NCBI GenBank assembly: GCA_028534125.1
Contig: CM052816.1
Coordinates: 10,604,001 to 10,668,000 of the forward strand
From: Lama glama
Lineage: Eukaryota
Direction of reading: 5' to 3'
Length of the DNA stretch: 64,000 nucleotides
Below are positions 11,931-25,253 of this stretch, piece after piece. Each line of letters starts with the position of its first letter. The first letter of the stretch is position 1. A model generated the notes under the pieces. That model made no database searches and was not told the origin of the DNA. It saw only the letters and a list, made by a program, of their open reading frames with translations. A program made the translations under genes and the position numbers.

Positions 11931-12539
11931 CACTTGAGGGTAAAAACAGGGAACTGTGGCATTTGAAGCAGATACGCTGAACCCTCTCCCCCTTTCTCTT
12001 CCACTAGCCCTTTATCCTCAAAGAATTTCAGATAATTACAACTTCTTTAACATATGTAATGGGATTTGGCTAGAGTCCAGCATTAAGACCCTGCTTCTCA
12101 TTAATGTAGGGTGGTACCCCTTCAGTCAGGATTCATCTGGCCCAAGTCATCTAGATGAGTAATTGCTTTGCTGTTGGAGAAAAGTCAAAGCTCTGCATTG
12201 TGGAAACTCTCACATCAATTCTGATCTTCCTTCTTTTAAGCCAGCAGGCACTATGTCAGTGATGCTCTCCAGCACTGGCAGAGAGGTGCGCTCTGATATA
12301 CAAACAATATTTAATTACTCCAAGCAGGCAACATAATGGGCTCTTTACTAGAGGAACACAAACAACAAGAGAAAGCTTCTGGGGACACTACAGCTCTAAC
12401 CAATGTTGCATTTCTTGAAACAGCAGGCAGATGTTACAAGGATAACGAACAAGGAAGATAGTTTGGTGGGAGTTAAGGGGGAGCAGGGAGAAGCAAGGTA
12501 AATTCTGGGGCCATGTCATAGCAACAGATAAAAATCTTG

Positions 12540-15428
12540 GGCTAAGAGATTATAAAAAATTCAGTAACTCCAATTAAGAACTCGATCAATAGATTTAAGA
12601 GGTGTGATACTGGAGCAATAGAGAAGATTACTGACCAGGAAAGTAGGTCAGTAAAATATATCCACACTGAAACAATGAAGTGAAAAAGTATGAAGAATAA
12701 GAAAAGAGACTAAAAGTTACATGGAACATAATAAATAGGTCTAATATTTGTAACATAAGTCCAAGAAGTAGAAGAAAGTGAGATAATGGGCAAAATCAAT
12801 ATTTGAGAAGATTCTGCTTGAAATTTTTCTAAAATTGATGAAAGTCTTTGGGCTACAGATTAAAGAAGTGCTATTAATGCCAAGGAAGATAAATAAAAAG
12901 AAAATCATGGTTAGGTCTGTCATAGTATTTTACTGCTGAAAATTAAAGACAAAGAAAATCTTAAAAACAGAGACAAAACCATACTACCATTAAGAGAAAA
13001 GCAGTTGTACAGCTGAGTTTTCAACAGACAATATGGAATCCAGAGGACAATGGCATGACAACTTTAAAAATACTGAAAGAAAATACCACCACTATAGAAT
13101 TCTATATCCTCTAAAAATGTCCTTCAAATGCAAAGGTAAAATAAAGACATTTTCAAATAAATAAAATATGGGATGATTTATTGTTAAGTAGACATGCATT
13201 TTAAAATTCAGAAGTTAATGAAGAACAATGAGAAATACCAGCTATTGAAAAAAATTTAAATAATAACTAGTTTTAAACATTTTAAGCATGAGCAGTTTAA
13301 AATACAGGCAAAGGTAACATAAAATGCAGAAGGGAGAGATGCACAGAGTAAGGAAATTAAAATGGTTAAGGGCTGAGCTTTGGAGGGGAAAGAGTAAAGC
13401 TCTTAACATAAATTATACTCTAATAATTATTAGGTGTATACTATAATCTGTAGTATAACCATTACTTTAAAAGGGTAAAATAATGTATAAGTAATAAGCT
13501 GAGAGAGGAGAAAATTTTAAAATTAAAAAATACACAGTTGATCCAAAAGAGGGCAAAAAAGGATAGAATGAAAAATACAGAGCAAGTGGGACAAGTAAAA
13601 TACAAATAATCATGAGGTCAGTTAGTTACAGTAAATGGACTAAAAGCAAAGGTTCTCAGACTGAATTTTTAAAAACTGTATTGTAAATATAATAAAATCT
13701 CTTAGCAAATACACATAAAAGGGAACATTTTATCCTAATGAGGGGTATCCCAAAAACCCTATACCAAATGTCATACTCATTGGTGAAATGGTGAAAGTTT
13801 TTCTGGAGTTTGGAAATAATATAAAGACATCTTCTGTCACAACTTCCACTTGACATTGTGTTAGTTTCTAGTCAGGACAGTAAGGCAAGAGAAAGAAATA
13901 AACATGTAAGGATTGGAAAGAAGGCATAAAGTATCATAATTTGCCAATGACATAATTGTATAGGTAGGAAATACGAATTTATAGACTATTAGAATAGATT
14001 ATTTCACAATGTTTTTAGCTACCTAGTTAACTTACAAAAATTAAGTTGTATCTCTACATAATAGAAACAAACATTTAGGATGACTTTTTTTAGATGGTAT
14101 GATTTATAATAACAATAGAAACATCAAATATTTAGGATTAAATCTAAAGAAATACATTCAAAACATCAACAAAAACACTAAAACAATTTTTTCAATAGAA
14201 AGAAAAAAATGACAAATAATTAGAGATGTCATGTTCATAGGTTAGAATATTCAGCATTATAAAATTGCCAATTCTTCCCCAAATTGATCTACAGAGAATT
14301 CTAATCCTAATCAAAATTCCAGAATTGTTTTTGTGGAAATTAAAAAGTTGATTCAAAATTTATATGTAATTGCAAAGGACAAAAAAATGGCCAGTACATT
14401 TTAAAGGAGATTGGAGGAATTAACCAGGATTTAAGCCAGGAATTAGTCAAGATTTCTTACAAAGTTACAATAATTAAGATATTGGGCATTAGACATAACA
14501 CACACACACACAAATAATAGGATATGAAGCCCAGAAACACACCCACATTTATGTGGACTTCCAATTTATGAAAAGGTGACACTGCAGGTCAGTAGAGAAA
14601 AGGTAGCCTTTTTAATAAGTAATATTGGAAAAATATGGTGTCTCTTCTGTGAAAAAAAGTCTGGCCCCTACTACATGTACTTAAAACAATTCCATAGGAA
14701 TTGTTGGTCTAAATGTTTAAACTAAAATAGTAAATTTTTGGAAGATAACATTCATGACCATGGATAAGTAAAAACTTTTTAAATGGGACATAAAAAGTTA
14801 TAACCATAAAGGAAATATTAACAAATTGGACTACTAAAATTTTGGACTACTAAAACTACAGTTTTCTATTCATCAAAAGAAAGGTTAAGAGACGGAAAAG
14901 GCAAATCACAGTGTGGGAAAATAGGTTAACAAAACATGTAACTAACAACAGACTCAAACCCAGATTATAAAGAACTACAAATAAATACAAAAACCTTCAC
15001 AACTCGGGGGAAACATGGGCAAGAGACTTGAACATGCACTTCAAAAAATAGAATATACAAATGACCAAACAGCACGTGAAATGTGAAATGGCCAACAAGC
15101 ACATGAAAATGTCCTCAATTCTATTAATTATCAGAGAAATGCACATTAAAACCACAGAAAACTATTACTACACGCTGACCAGAATGGCTAAAATGAAACA
15201 CCCAGGGTGATTGTGAATGCAGTGGTACTGGAAATCTCATATACTGGTGGGAGTGTAAATTGTTACACCTACTTTGGAAAACTCTTTGGCAAATCCACTA
15301 ATCCTGAAGATACACATACACCATGACCAAGCTATTCCACTGCTAAGAATATACTTGATAAAAATGCATGCAGATGTTCATCAAATACATGCACAAGAAT
15401 GTGCACAGCTGTGCTATTCACGATAGCT
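12540..15428 (+). mobile_element. Ancient L1M/L1ME (decayed ORF1 and ORF2, internally deleted)
   Basis: A-rich sense strand; ORF1-like tagaattctatatcc; ORF2-like caattcttccccaaattgatctacaga, aaatggccaacaagcacatgaaaa, ctttggaaaac. Confidence 0.85.
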
Positions 15429-15760
15429 GTTGGGTCATGTGGTAAGGGTATGCTTGATGTTATAAGAAATTGTAAACCTTTTTTTCCCAAAGTGAATACA
15501 AAGTGGTTGTGTCGTTGTACACTCCCACCAGTAGTATGTAAGAGTTCTTGTTGCTTCACATATTGGCCGACATTTGGAATTGCCACTTTTTAATTTTACA
15601 CATTCTGGTGGGTGTGTAGTAGTGTCTTATGGTGGTTTTAATTTTCATTTTCATTTAATTTTCATTTTCTTAGTGGCTAAAGATGTTCGGCATTTATTCA
15701 TGTGCCTACTGGCCATTTGCACATATTTGAGAAATACTTACTCAAATAGTTTGCCAATGT
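15429..15760 (-). mobile_element. Ancient L1ME ORF2 3' fragment
   Basis: gggtcatgtggtaagggtatg, tacactcccaccagtagt, ttcatgtgcctactggccattt. Confidence 0.8.
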
Positions 15761-15761
15761 C

Positions 15762-16660
15762 AACAGCTTTATTGAGGTATAGTTGACATATAGTAAATTG
15801 TACATATTAAAAGATACAATTAGATAAGTTTTGATATATATATATATACCCATGAAACTGTCACCAATTAAGAGAATGAAGATATCTCTCACCCTTAATG
15901 TTTCCTTGTGCCCTTTCCTTCCCTTTCCCTGACTTAGATTAGTTTTCATTTTTTAGAATTTTATGCATGTAGAATCAGACAGTATGGGTTTTTCCTGGCT
16001 TTTGTCACTCAGCATGATCATTTTAAGAACTGTCCATGTTGCTGTCTGTATCAACAGTTCAGTCTTCTTACTGCCGAGAAGTGTTTCATTGTATGAACAC
16101 TTTTATTTATCTATCTACCTGTTCATGGGCATTTGGATTATTTCAAGTTTGGGACTATGACAGATAAAGCAGCTGGGATTATTTATGAACAATCTTTATA
16201 TGGAGATATTTTTTTCTCTGTAGTAAATACCTAGGAATGGGATGGCTGGATAAAATGACGGGAATATTTTAGGAAGTTGCAAATTGTTCTCTAAAATGGT
16301 TGTACGTTTTATAGTTCCACCAGCAATGTTTGAGTGATCCACTTCCTCCACATTCTTTCTGACATTTGGTAAAATCAGTCTTTTAATTTTAGTCATTCTA
16401 GTAGGTGTGTAATGGTATCTTATTGTGGATTTAATTATTTGCATTTCCCTAATGACTCATGAAGCTGGGCTTCTTTTCATGCTCTTGTCATCTGTTGTCT
16501 TCTTTGGTTAAGTGTCTGTTCAGACTTTTTGCCCATTTTTCATCAGGTTGTTTGCTTTCTTACAATTGAGTTCTGAGTTCTTTATTCTAGATACAATCCC
16601 TTATCAGATACATGATTTGCAAATATTTTCTCATAGCCTTTGGGTTTCCTCTTTTTCTTT
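15762..16660 (-). mobile_element. Ancient L1MC/ME 3' end and ORF2
   Basis: acagctttattgaggtatagttgacata terminus; ggtatcttattgtggatttaa; ttttgcccattt; tttgcaaatattttctc. Confidence 0.85.
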
Positions 16661-17009
16661 CTTCATTCATATTGACTATTTTTAGCATAGTATCTCCTCT
16701 GTTGACATTAGCTATACCTTTCTGGTTTCTTTTATGGTTGCTCTAGAATTTATAATACGAATCCAGTTTATCACAGTCTGAGTGTTATACCACTTATGTG
16801 TAATATATACAGTATTATTCCTTTCCATTTCTGACCTTTATGCAAATATTTCTACATAGAATATATGTATACAAATATGTACATATGTACAATATATGTA
16901 TTTATAACAAAATTCATTGTTATTCTTTTTTGTTTAATATGTCAAATGTTTGGTCTAGTAAGTTAAATTTTTTAAAAATATAAAATGGAAGAGAAGTCTT
17001 TTATAGTTA

Positions 17010-17258
17010 TGCAACTCTGAGAAAGCCTTGGCCAGATGAGTGGGAGCCCCAGAGCAAAGGCTGTCAGGAACAGACAAATCTAGTACCCATGCCTCACTCA
17101 GTCATTGGTTTGGAGCATCCCAGGGGGAGCAGGGCCTCAGTGGTGATGCTGTGGTGAATCCTGAAGGTGTGGCAGCTGGAAGATGCAGCCGACTACACTC
17201 CTCACAGCTCATGTTCCCTGAAGGGAGAAATGAGCAGAGCCATCCCATAGCTGTCACA
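17010..17258 (-). mobile_element. LTR33-like ERVL LTR fragment
   Basis: Reverse complement starts tgtgacagctatggga...; tcagtcattgg, gaatcctgaaggtgtggcagctgga match recalled LTR33 consensus. Confidence 0.75.
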
Positions 17259-18829
17259 CAGGATAATTGAACTTAGCATAGGAGGCTGAAGAAGGCTTCC
17301 CGAGGACATACTTAAAACAATGATTAACTGACTAACATCTTTCACATGCTACAATGGAAAGACTAGGTATTCAAGTCACATAATGAGAATATCTCTTAGA
17401 CTAGTCATTAAGGCAAGGGTCACTTGCTTTATTTTGATGGTAGACCTTGGATTTAAAGCACTGTGTGATTTTAGCACATATCCTTGAAACTAATGAATAG
17501 ATTAAAAAGCAAAGTAAAAATATTTAGTTAGCATTAGCTCTCACTTCTCCATGTTTCCATAGTTACATCATTTTAGTCATCATGAAAGCTAAAAATCTTC
17601 CATCTCTCACATCCCCATGTTGGTGGTAGAAACGTTTATGCATATATCTCATTCCAAAAAATATTTACTGAGCACCTAATACATTGCAAGCATTATCTTA
17701 GGAACTTTCTCTTGTTTTGGCCTAATAATTTCCTTTGAATCTTTTCTATTTGACTTTCCTTTCTTGACCTCAACAGATCACATTTGTATTTGCAAACAGC
17801 TACTGTTGTGAATAGCTTTGATTGTTGAACAGCAGTTATTTAAATGTTTATGGTCAATCTGTTCCAAAACAATATTGAAAGTAGCAGTGCACAGTTTAAG
17901 AAATACATAAAAATCAATGGAGTAAATTTATGTATCAGAAGATCTACATTTCTAACCACGTGCCAGATTTTCCATTTATAGTTCTTGCAAATGAAACAGT
18001 TTGGATAGTTATAAATACTGACCTCCTGAAACCTTTCTCTGTGAATTATGGTCTTGCATTAATAGACACAGAGCAGTATTTGATTTGTAGGCTGAACTAT
18101 ACAAAGCAAGAACTCAATGCTAATGCCTTGGATCATTCTAATTCATTTTAACTGGCCAAGAGGGAGATGGCAAAAAGTCTTTTATAACGTCATCACCTTC
18201 TGTTCTAAGCGTGCCCAGTGTCTGTCTTGACACCTTTTCTCCACAGTAGCTATACCTAGCATTGTGTCTGACACCAGGAGGACATCACTAAATATGTGTT
18301 TATAAATTTGATCGTCTGAAGCCAGCATTGAATGCTGCCTAATTCAACCTACCTTGGTTCTCTTCAAAGGGTCCCATGAGAAATGCAGCCTAATACAACA
18401 ACAGTTACCACATTGCTGGTCTCAAATAATTTAGTTAACTAAGCTGTTTCTTTTTCATCATCATTTCAACATTTACTGTAGGGACTACATTTACTGTAGT
18501 TTCTAGAATCTAGAGACACATGGGATTTTTTGTTTAGAAGGCACTTTAGAGATAATATAATCCTGGGATGAAAAACGTAATTGATTTTATTTTTTTAAGC
18601 TCAGCAGGGAAAGTATTGTTTTCAATAAATGACATGTCTTAAAGGGAACAGAGGGCATGAGGATATTGAGTCCAGCTATCCATCCTGACACGCAGTCATC
18701 AATTTCAGCTCAGCACGTCTAAGCCAGGAAAACGCTGCCTTCAAAGAAGTTCATGTCATGACTGAATAATGGAAAGTACTGTATAATCAGCCAAAATCTT
18801 CACTTCTACAAACTTCTGCACTTTGATTC

Positions 18830-18960
18830 GAGTTCTGCCTTTTGGAGTCACACAAAATAAATCTACTCTTTCTTATTCTATATGATAGAGCTTCATACAT
18901 CTGAACACAATTTTTCTGCACTTTTTCTTTTTGTTAGCTTCCAGTCTTTCAGCATCTTTG
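18830..18960 (-). mobile_element. L3/CR1 fragment
   Basis: ttctgccttttggagtcacacaaaataaatctactctttc...tgatagagcttcatacatctgaacaca resembles L3 consensus. Confidence 0.5.
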
Positions 18961-19339
18961 ACATTCTTATTTATGATGCTGAAAGTTCTGAAATAGTAAC
19001 AGCAAAGTGTGCGTGTGTATGTGTGTGTCCTAGATTATAATTAATTCCGGCCTGGAAGGCTTCCTTATATGAAAAGCAGCACTGTCCTGCCTTGACCGTA
19101 TTCTAATTCATCTTGGGCTTTAATTTCCTCTTGAAGGCATTGGTGCTGCCTTTCCAGTTTGAAGATCCTTCCCCTTGATAGGACAGATGAGCCATGGAAA
19201 TGCTAGATGCTTCTTCTCTCTCACTGTCATCTGCTAACATTACATCATCTTTTCCAAGCAGCAGGCTTAACCTTTTCTTGTGTGTTTTTCTCCAGGCTCC
19301 AAATTAATTTAAAATGCCTTTGCCGAATCTAAGACACCC

Positions 19340-20575
19340 TTTGTTCTGTATCTTATTTTATGTTGCAGTTGTGTTGGACGCTGTTGATCTGTCCCTGCTT
19401 CATGAAATACTCCACTCCTTCACCTTCAGCAGTTTACTTTCATTTGCTTCTCTTCCCTTTCTCTGTGCATTTTTCATGATTTCCTCTGTGGGCTCTTCTT
19501 CCTCTGCTTTGTATGCTGTGTTCACCAGGATTCTGGTCTGTACAAAAACTCTCCCCTTGAATGAGTCTGTGCACTCCCAGGGTTTAACCTCTCTGTATAC
19601 TGATGACACTGAAACATTATCTCCGGCTCAGATTCCTTCCCTGTTTAAGACTCTTGAGCACTGAAGCTCTGGGGTGACTAAAAGCGAACTTATTCTCTTC
19701 TTCCCACATGCACAGCCCCTACTCTGCTCCTTCTCATCAATGGCCTTTCTCTGGTGATTGGCATCACCTTTTGAACATTTATCCAAATAGAAACCTAGGT
19801 TCCTCCTTCCTCTTATCCAGTTTGTGTGCCAGTCACCAAATCCTTTTGATTGTATTGCCTACGGTTCTTGATTTCATCCCTGTATTTCTATAGCCCTACT
19901 TCCCTGGTTAGGCATTTCATCTTTATAGCTTGGACCTTTTCAAGAGCCTCCTGGTCTGGTTTTGTACTGTTGTTATTTGTTTGTTTGTTGCTGTTTGTCT
20001 GTTTTGCTTTGATTCTGGTGTTCCTCAGGTCTAGCCTCTACCTGTAGCTGGAAAAATCTGTCTAAAACATAAGCCTGTTATATCCCTACCCCATCTAAAA
20101 CCCTTCAGGTCTCCCCTTTCCCTGAAAAATTAAGGTCTAGAGCATGGTGCTTAGTTCCATGACTGGACCACAATTCTCTCTCCAGCTTTGTATTTTTCTA
20201 GTCTTTGCTCTGGAACAGAAGCTGTAATCATGCTGAAATGCTTGTAAAATCCAGCATATTGTCCTGCTATGTCAGGTCTTCTTACCTCTGTTTGTGCCAC
20301 GTTTTTTTGCCTGGATAGAATGCCTATTCTACTTTTCATCTTTTGACTAATTTTGACTGATTGCTAATAGTTTAGCTCAGATATCATCTCTGCTAGGAAA
20401 TTTTCCCCAAACAACACATAAGGACTGAATGTGCTCCAGTGGTCCCATAACACCCTGGGCTTGCCTCTGTTCTTTCACTTACTATGTATGTTGACTCCAC
20501 ATGCATCTGTATGTTACTGTCTCCTCTGTGGCAGGGACCACATCTTGTTGAACTTGATTTTTGTTCTTTAACTAG
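19340..20575 (+). mobile_element. L2 element with RT remnant and 3'UTR
   Basis: Translation LDAVDLSLLHEILHSF...VHSQGLTSLYTDDT corresponds to L2 RT FDTVDHSLLLETL...YADD; typical L2 3' motifs follow. Confidence 0.85.
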
Positions 20576-20994
20576 CTTCCTCAACTTTACATTTCCTTGG
20601 GCCTGTTTTAGAGTGATTTAGGGTTGATATTTTCTTAGCTAGTGAATTATTTTTGTACACTGGGAAATATGATAAGAAAACCTAATGCTAGTGATTTTCA
20701 AATTCTATGCTAACAATATCTAAGAACTAAAACACAGTCAGATAGGACTGGATTTACTTGCTAGAAGGGGATTGCCCCCTCAAAATGCAATGTTCTTTTT
20801 AGTGAGTATCTTTTCTTTAACTTAGAGGACAAAGTCATGATCTTGATTCTCAAATTTATTCTATAAATTTTTACTGAATTCCTAGGTGTGCATAGAGGTG
20901 AATTAGACATTTAATTTGATTTCAAAAAGCTTATAGTTGGGCAAAAAATGACACATTTCAAGGAAGAAATGGCGATGTTGGTGATGATGGTGAC

Positions 20995-21180
20995 AATAAA
21001 TAACATGTATTGAGATCAGACTTATTTGTACTGTCTTGTTTAACCTCATAGTTATATTGTAAGTAAGCTGCATTTTATGATGAGAGAATCAAAACCTAGA
21101 GAGTTAGGGAACTTGCTCAAGCCCACACTCGTAGATTCAAAACTCTTAGCCCTGTGCTAGTACTCTCTGCAGTACTGTGG
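20995..21180 (-). mobile_element. MIR SINE
   Basis: taacatgtattgag...cattttatgatgagagaatcaaaacctagagagttagggaacttgctcaag. Confidence 0.65.
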
Positions 21181-21459
21181 TGTGTTGAGAAGGAGGGTCA
21201 GACAACGGTAAGACTCAGAGAAAAGTGAGACAGATGGCTTCCTGCTGGAGGGATCAGAGAAGGCTTCATGGGGAAGGTGATATTTGATCAAGGCCACTCA
21301 TATTGAAACACAATTAAAATTTAGACGTTCAGAGAGGCAAGGAAAGAACATTCCAGGCAGGAAAAGCATACACATACCAACATAAACCCAGCAAAGCATA
21401 AACACAAACAGCAGTCACTAATGAGAACGTGGACTACTGGGAGTCTTCCTGGGTGCCTC

Positions 21460-22530
21460 CCTTTCTCTCAGAGTCACACCACATCCAGTGGTCAGCACAT
21501 CTGAGCACCACCAACCAGCTCCATAGCTGGCACCCGGGACAAAGCTACCGCTCTCCTTACTGCAACAGCCTCCCATCCAAACTCCCTGCTATTGCCACTG
21601 TCCCATTAAGATGTTCTCCACACAGAAGCCAGAGTTCTCTAGAAATATAGGTCAGACCACAACACCCCTCTGCTCAGCACCCTACAGTGGCTCCCATCTC
21701 ACTCAGAGAAAAAGCCCAAGTCCTTGCAATGCTCCTACGACCTCCTGGGACGCTGCTTCTACCCCCGCCCCTTCCCCAGCCCATTCCAGCCACTTGGCCT
21801 CTTTACTGGATGTGAAGTATGATAGCCATGCTCATGGCCTTTGATTTTCTTCTTCCTTGTGCCTCGAATGCTCCTACGCAAATTTCCACATGGCTCATTT
21901 TCTCACCTCCTTTATGTTTTCGTCCATAAGTTATTTTATCAGTAAGGCCTTTAACCACCACCCCATTTGAAACTGAAAATGCCCTCCTATTCCTACCCAG
22001 GGACTTTCTTTCTTCTTCAGGTTAGTTTTTGTCCATAACATTTAACACCTTCTAACAGACACACACATTTTATATATATATATATTTTACATATATATAT
22101 ATGTACATATATATACACACATTATATATAATATATAAAATCAAGTTTATCATTTTGTAACACACTGTATATACTATATATAATACTATATATGTATATC
22201 CTATATAACACAATATACCATATATAATATATAGATACACACACATACTATATATACCACATATGTGTACATACTATATACACACATATATTATGTAATA
22301 TGTATACTATATATAATATATAATTAACAAACAATTCATATGTATACATATATGAGTTCATATGATTATATATATATACATTGTTTATTTGCTATTATCT
22401 GTCCTCTCCAGCTAGAAGACTTCCATGAGAGCAGAGATTTTTGTTTGGTTCACTGATGTTGCCCCAGTACAGAACACAGTGTCTGATATATAAAAGGTGC
22501 TTAAGGCATGTTTGTCAAATGAATGAACAA
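21460..22530 (+). mobile_element. L2a 3' region with internal TA expansion
   Basis: tactgcaacagcctccc, ccagccacttggcctc, ttccatgagagcagagatttttgtttggttcactg...gaatgaac. Confidence 0.85.
22058..22380. repeat. Degenerate (TA)n/(CA)n low-complexity tract
   Basis: Directly visible ~320-nt TA/CA tract. Confidence 0.9.
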
Positions 22531-23349
22531 ACATTCATCTCCAGATCCTCCTTTCTCCCATCAATTTTATTGGCTTTGGTGGGATTAATCTTCTTATATC
22601 ATTGCCCTCTTCAAACATTCTCACTGGCTTTCTGTGGCTCTACAAGGAAGTTCACATTGCTCAGTACGAAAGGCATGACCTCCTACGAACTTTTCAATTT
22701 GAGTTTCCACTACTTTTTTTTTTTTGACAGATAAGTGAATACCCCTGCAAAGTGTGTGCTTATGAATGAATACATATCACATACCTTTGTAAAGACTTCA
22801 CTTTACAAAGTGCTTTTTCGTCTCATTTTATGCTCACAACAATTCTCTATTAGGATGTCTATAATAAGTATTAAAAATGCATTAAATTACCTCCGAGTTC
22901 AATATCTTGAACCAAAAAAGTATATAAACAGACTTCAGAAAGTTAGAGAATAATTTCTTTAAAATAATTACATACTTGGGATAGTTGTTAAACTGGTGGT
23001 TGTGTCTACATATGCCAAATATCTGGATATAACCTAAAAAATTATCTGTACAAGACTAAAATCCGTTGGAAACATGTAGAGCAGTCCCTTCAGGTTTCCA
23101 GGTATTCTGAAATATTTGGTGTGGCTTGCATGTCTTAAAATATTTCTTCAGTTTTTTTTTCCCCCACTATTCATCTAAATGTATGAGTGGGATGTAGAAA
23201 CTTCTACCACCAACTTTGATTTTTCCTCCTCCATTGTCATTCTTCCTCTGTTTTCCTTTAAAATCACACACAAGCATGTTGAATTCTAAGTTAAGTACTG
23301 GAAATTCACAACAAATAAGATATATTATCTACCTTCAATGAAATATTAA

Positions 23350-24010
23350 TTATCTAAGGATCTGTCCCTTACCTCTTTTATAAAAGGATTTAAATAAAGT
23401 GTCTTACAGGCGTACACAATCAAAAAGTTAAGAATTAAATAAACAGAGCTAAGACTGAAAAATAAAGTTAGAAAAGTAATGTGAAGCCAGGAAGAGGATC
23501 AATATAAAAAATGCATCTCAAAACATTCCGTAAAATGTTCCCTTGGAGTTTTCTCCTAAGCAGGACAAGAGAGAAAACAGAACAGGAATCACTGCTATCA
23601 ACAAGATTGAAGCTCACCAGTTGCTTAGAAGAAATACATTTTCTCCTGGTCCACAGTCATGGGGACAATTTCTCCAGTGGGTAATAAAGGTACACTGTAG
23701 ATTTTCTGTCAAAAGCTTTCTGACAGCACTATTGCAATGGGTTTATAAGGATCATTCTTGTACTGTTTATTGGTTCAGGGCGATTGCATACCGAAGCACA
23801 GGACGGTAAAGAGGCCCAAACAGCGTGATCTAAGGATGCATCCCTTTGTAATCTGACTCATGAATATTTCTTCCCTTGCTTTCTGTGAGAATTGAGCCGC
23901 AAAAAATCAAGTTCAGTTCTCTGAGTAGAACCTAGGGTTCTGTTCTTTTGGTGATTGGTTGAAGTTTGACAATCAACCAGAGTTACTCTGACAGCCCACC
24001 AACAGAAACT
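23350..24010 (-). mobile_element. L4 (RTE-X clade) LINE remnant
   Basis: tgtcccttacctctttttataaaaggattt...cttacag terminus and accagttgcttagaaga...ttttctcctgg resemble recalled L4 consensus. Confidence 0.55.
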
Positions 24011-24109
24011 GGAGTCGAGTGTCCCCTATGGAGGATCAGCAACTTACAAAGGGTGGTGTGAGGGCATGGAGAACTGGAGACTTGGGAGGTGTGCTCTGAC
24101 AGCCTGCCA

Positions 24110-24410
24110 GGAACATCATGGGGACGTGGCGTGGGGGACTGAGGAAGGGCCCTTAGATGACACTGGAGCTAGATCTCGAAGGATGGATATGATTTGGGTA
24201 TGGAGAAGCAGGGAAGGCCATTCCAGGTGGATAAACCACTTGATCGGTACAGGAAGGGAGTGGGTTTACATCGTATGTTGATAATCAGCAGAAAGTCCTG
24301 TTTGGTGAGGACAGATGGGGAGCCATAGCAGGTGGGAGGCAGGAGAAATTGTAGAGGCTCCAGCATGAAGCTCTCTGAATGGACACCGAGGGGCCTGAGT
24401 TTTCTCCTCT
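24110..24410 (-). mobile_element. L2 fragment
   Basis: gagctagatctcgaaggatgg, ggaaggccattccagg. Confidence 0.6.
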
Positions 24411-24959
24411 GTAACCCTCTCCCTTCACTTCCCTGGCTCTCTAAGGAAACCAGAGCCCTGGCCCCAGATCTGTAAATTGGGAGCCCTAATTTATTACCAA
24501 ATTTGACAAGTATTCACAACATTTACAGAAATAATGACTTCCCTATCGAGAGCCAATGACTGTCAGTCTCTCCTTTCTACAAATATTTGTGTCCCATAAC
24601 ACAGTTGGGAGGGCTCTTGGACACTCTAGAAGCACCAGCCATTTATTTCATTGGTGTTCAATAAATAATGAATATTGATCCAATAGGTTTCTCTTGCTTT
24701 TTCTACAGACTTGCATTTGAGAGGCTGCATTTCATTATGCTAACCTTACGGGCTGTCCGTTTAGAGTAAAGGAAACGTAAACCCACAAGGGACAAATTGG
24801 AAAATTGCAAGGAACAAGTTATGTGACTTGATAAATAATATGAAGCTTTGGGGGAGAAAAAGAAAGTTTCTTCTCAGGTCTCAAACAAGTCAGAGTAAAC
24901 CTAATCAGAAGGGACTCTTCTGAGGTGATTAGACCAAGAGGCATTTTTTGATGATACCA

Positions 24960-25205
24960 ACTGCTAACAGCATTCAGCCCACATTATGTGCTTTATGTGT
25001 GTTACCTCAGTCAGTTACTGTAAACCTATGTGATCGGTATTATTATCTTGACTTTGTGTCTAAGGAAAAACAGAGGCCCAGAGAGGTTTAGCAATTTTCC
25101 CAAGGTCACACAGCTTGTAAATGGCAGAGCACAAGAACACAGGCATGAACAGTGGCATCTTGGCTCCAGAACAATTTCTCTTTACTGCCACCCCTACTGC
25201 CTCTC
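24960..25205 (-). mobile_element. MIR SINE
   Basis: gaggcccagagaggtttagcaattttcccaaggtcacacagcttgtaaatggcagagc. Confidence 0.9.
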
Positions 25206-25253
25206 CATTTTGTGAAATGTTAGAGCTTGAAGGATCCTTGAAGTCATAGAGCT

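Noticed and set aside
14826..14860. Short tandem duplications (ttggactactaaaa here; catttactgtag near 18470; ctcgaag near 61807)
   Set aside because: Ordinary slippage duplications with no wider pattern
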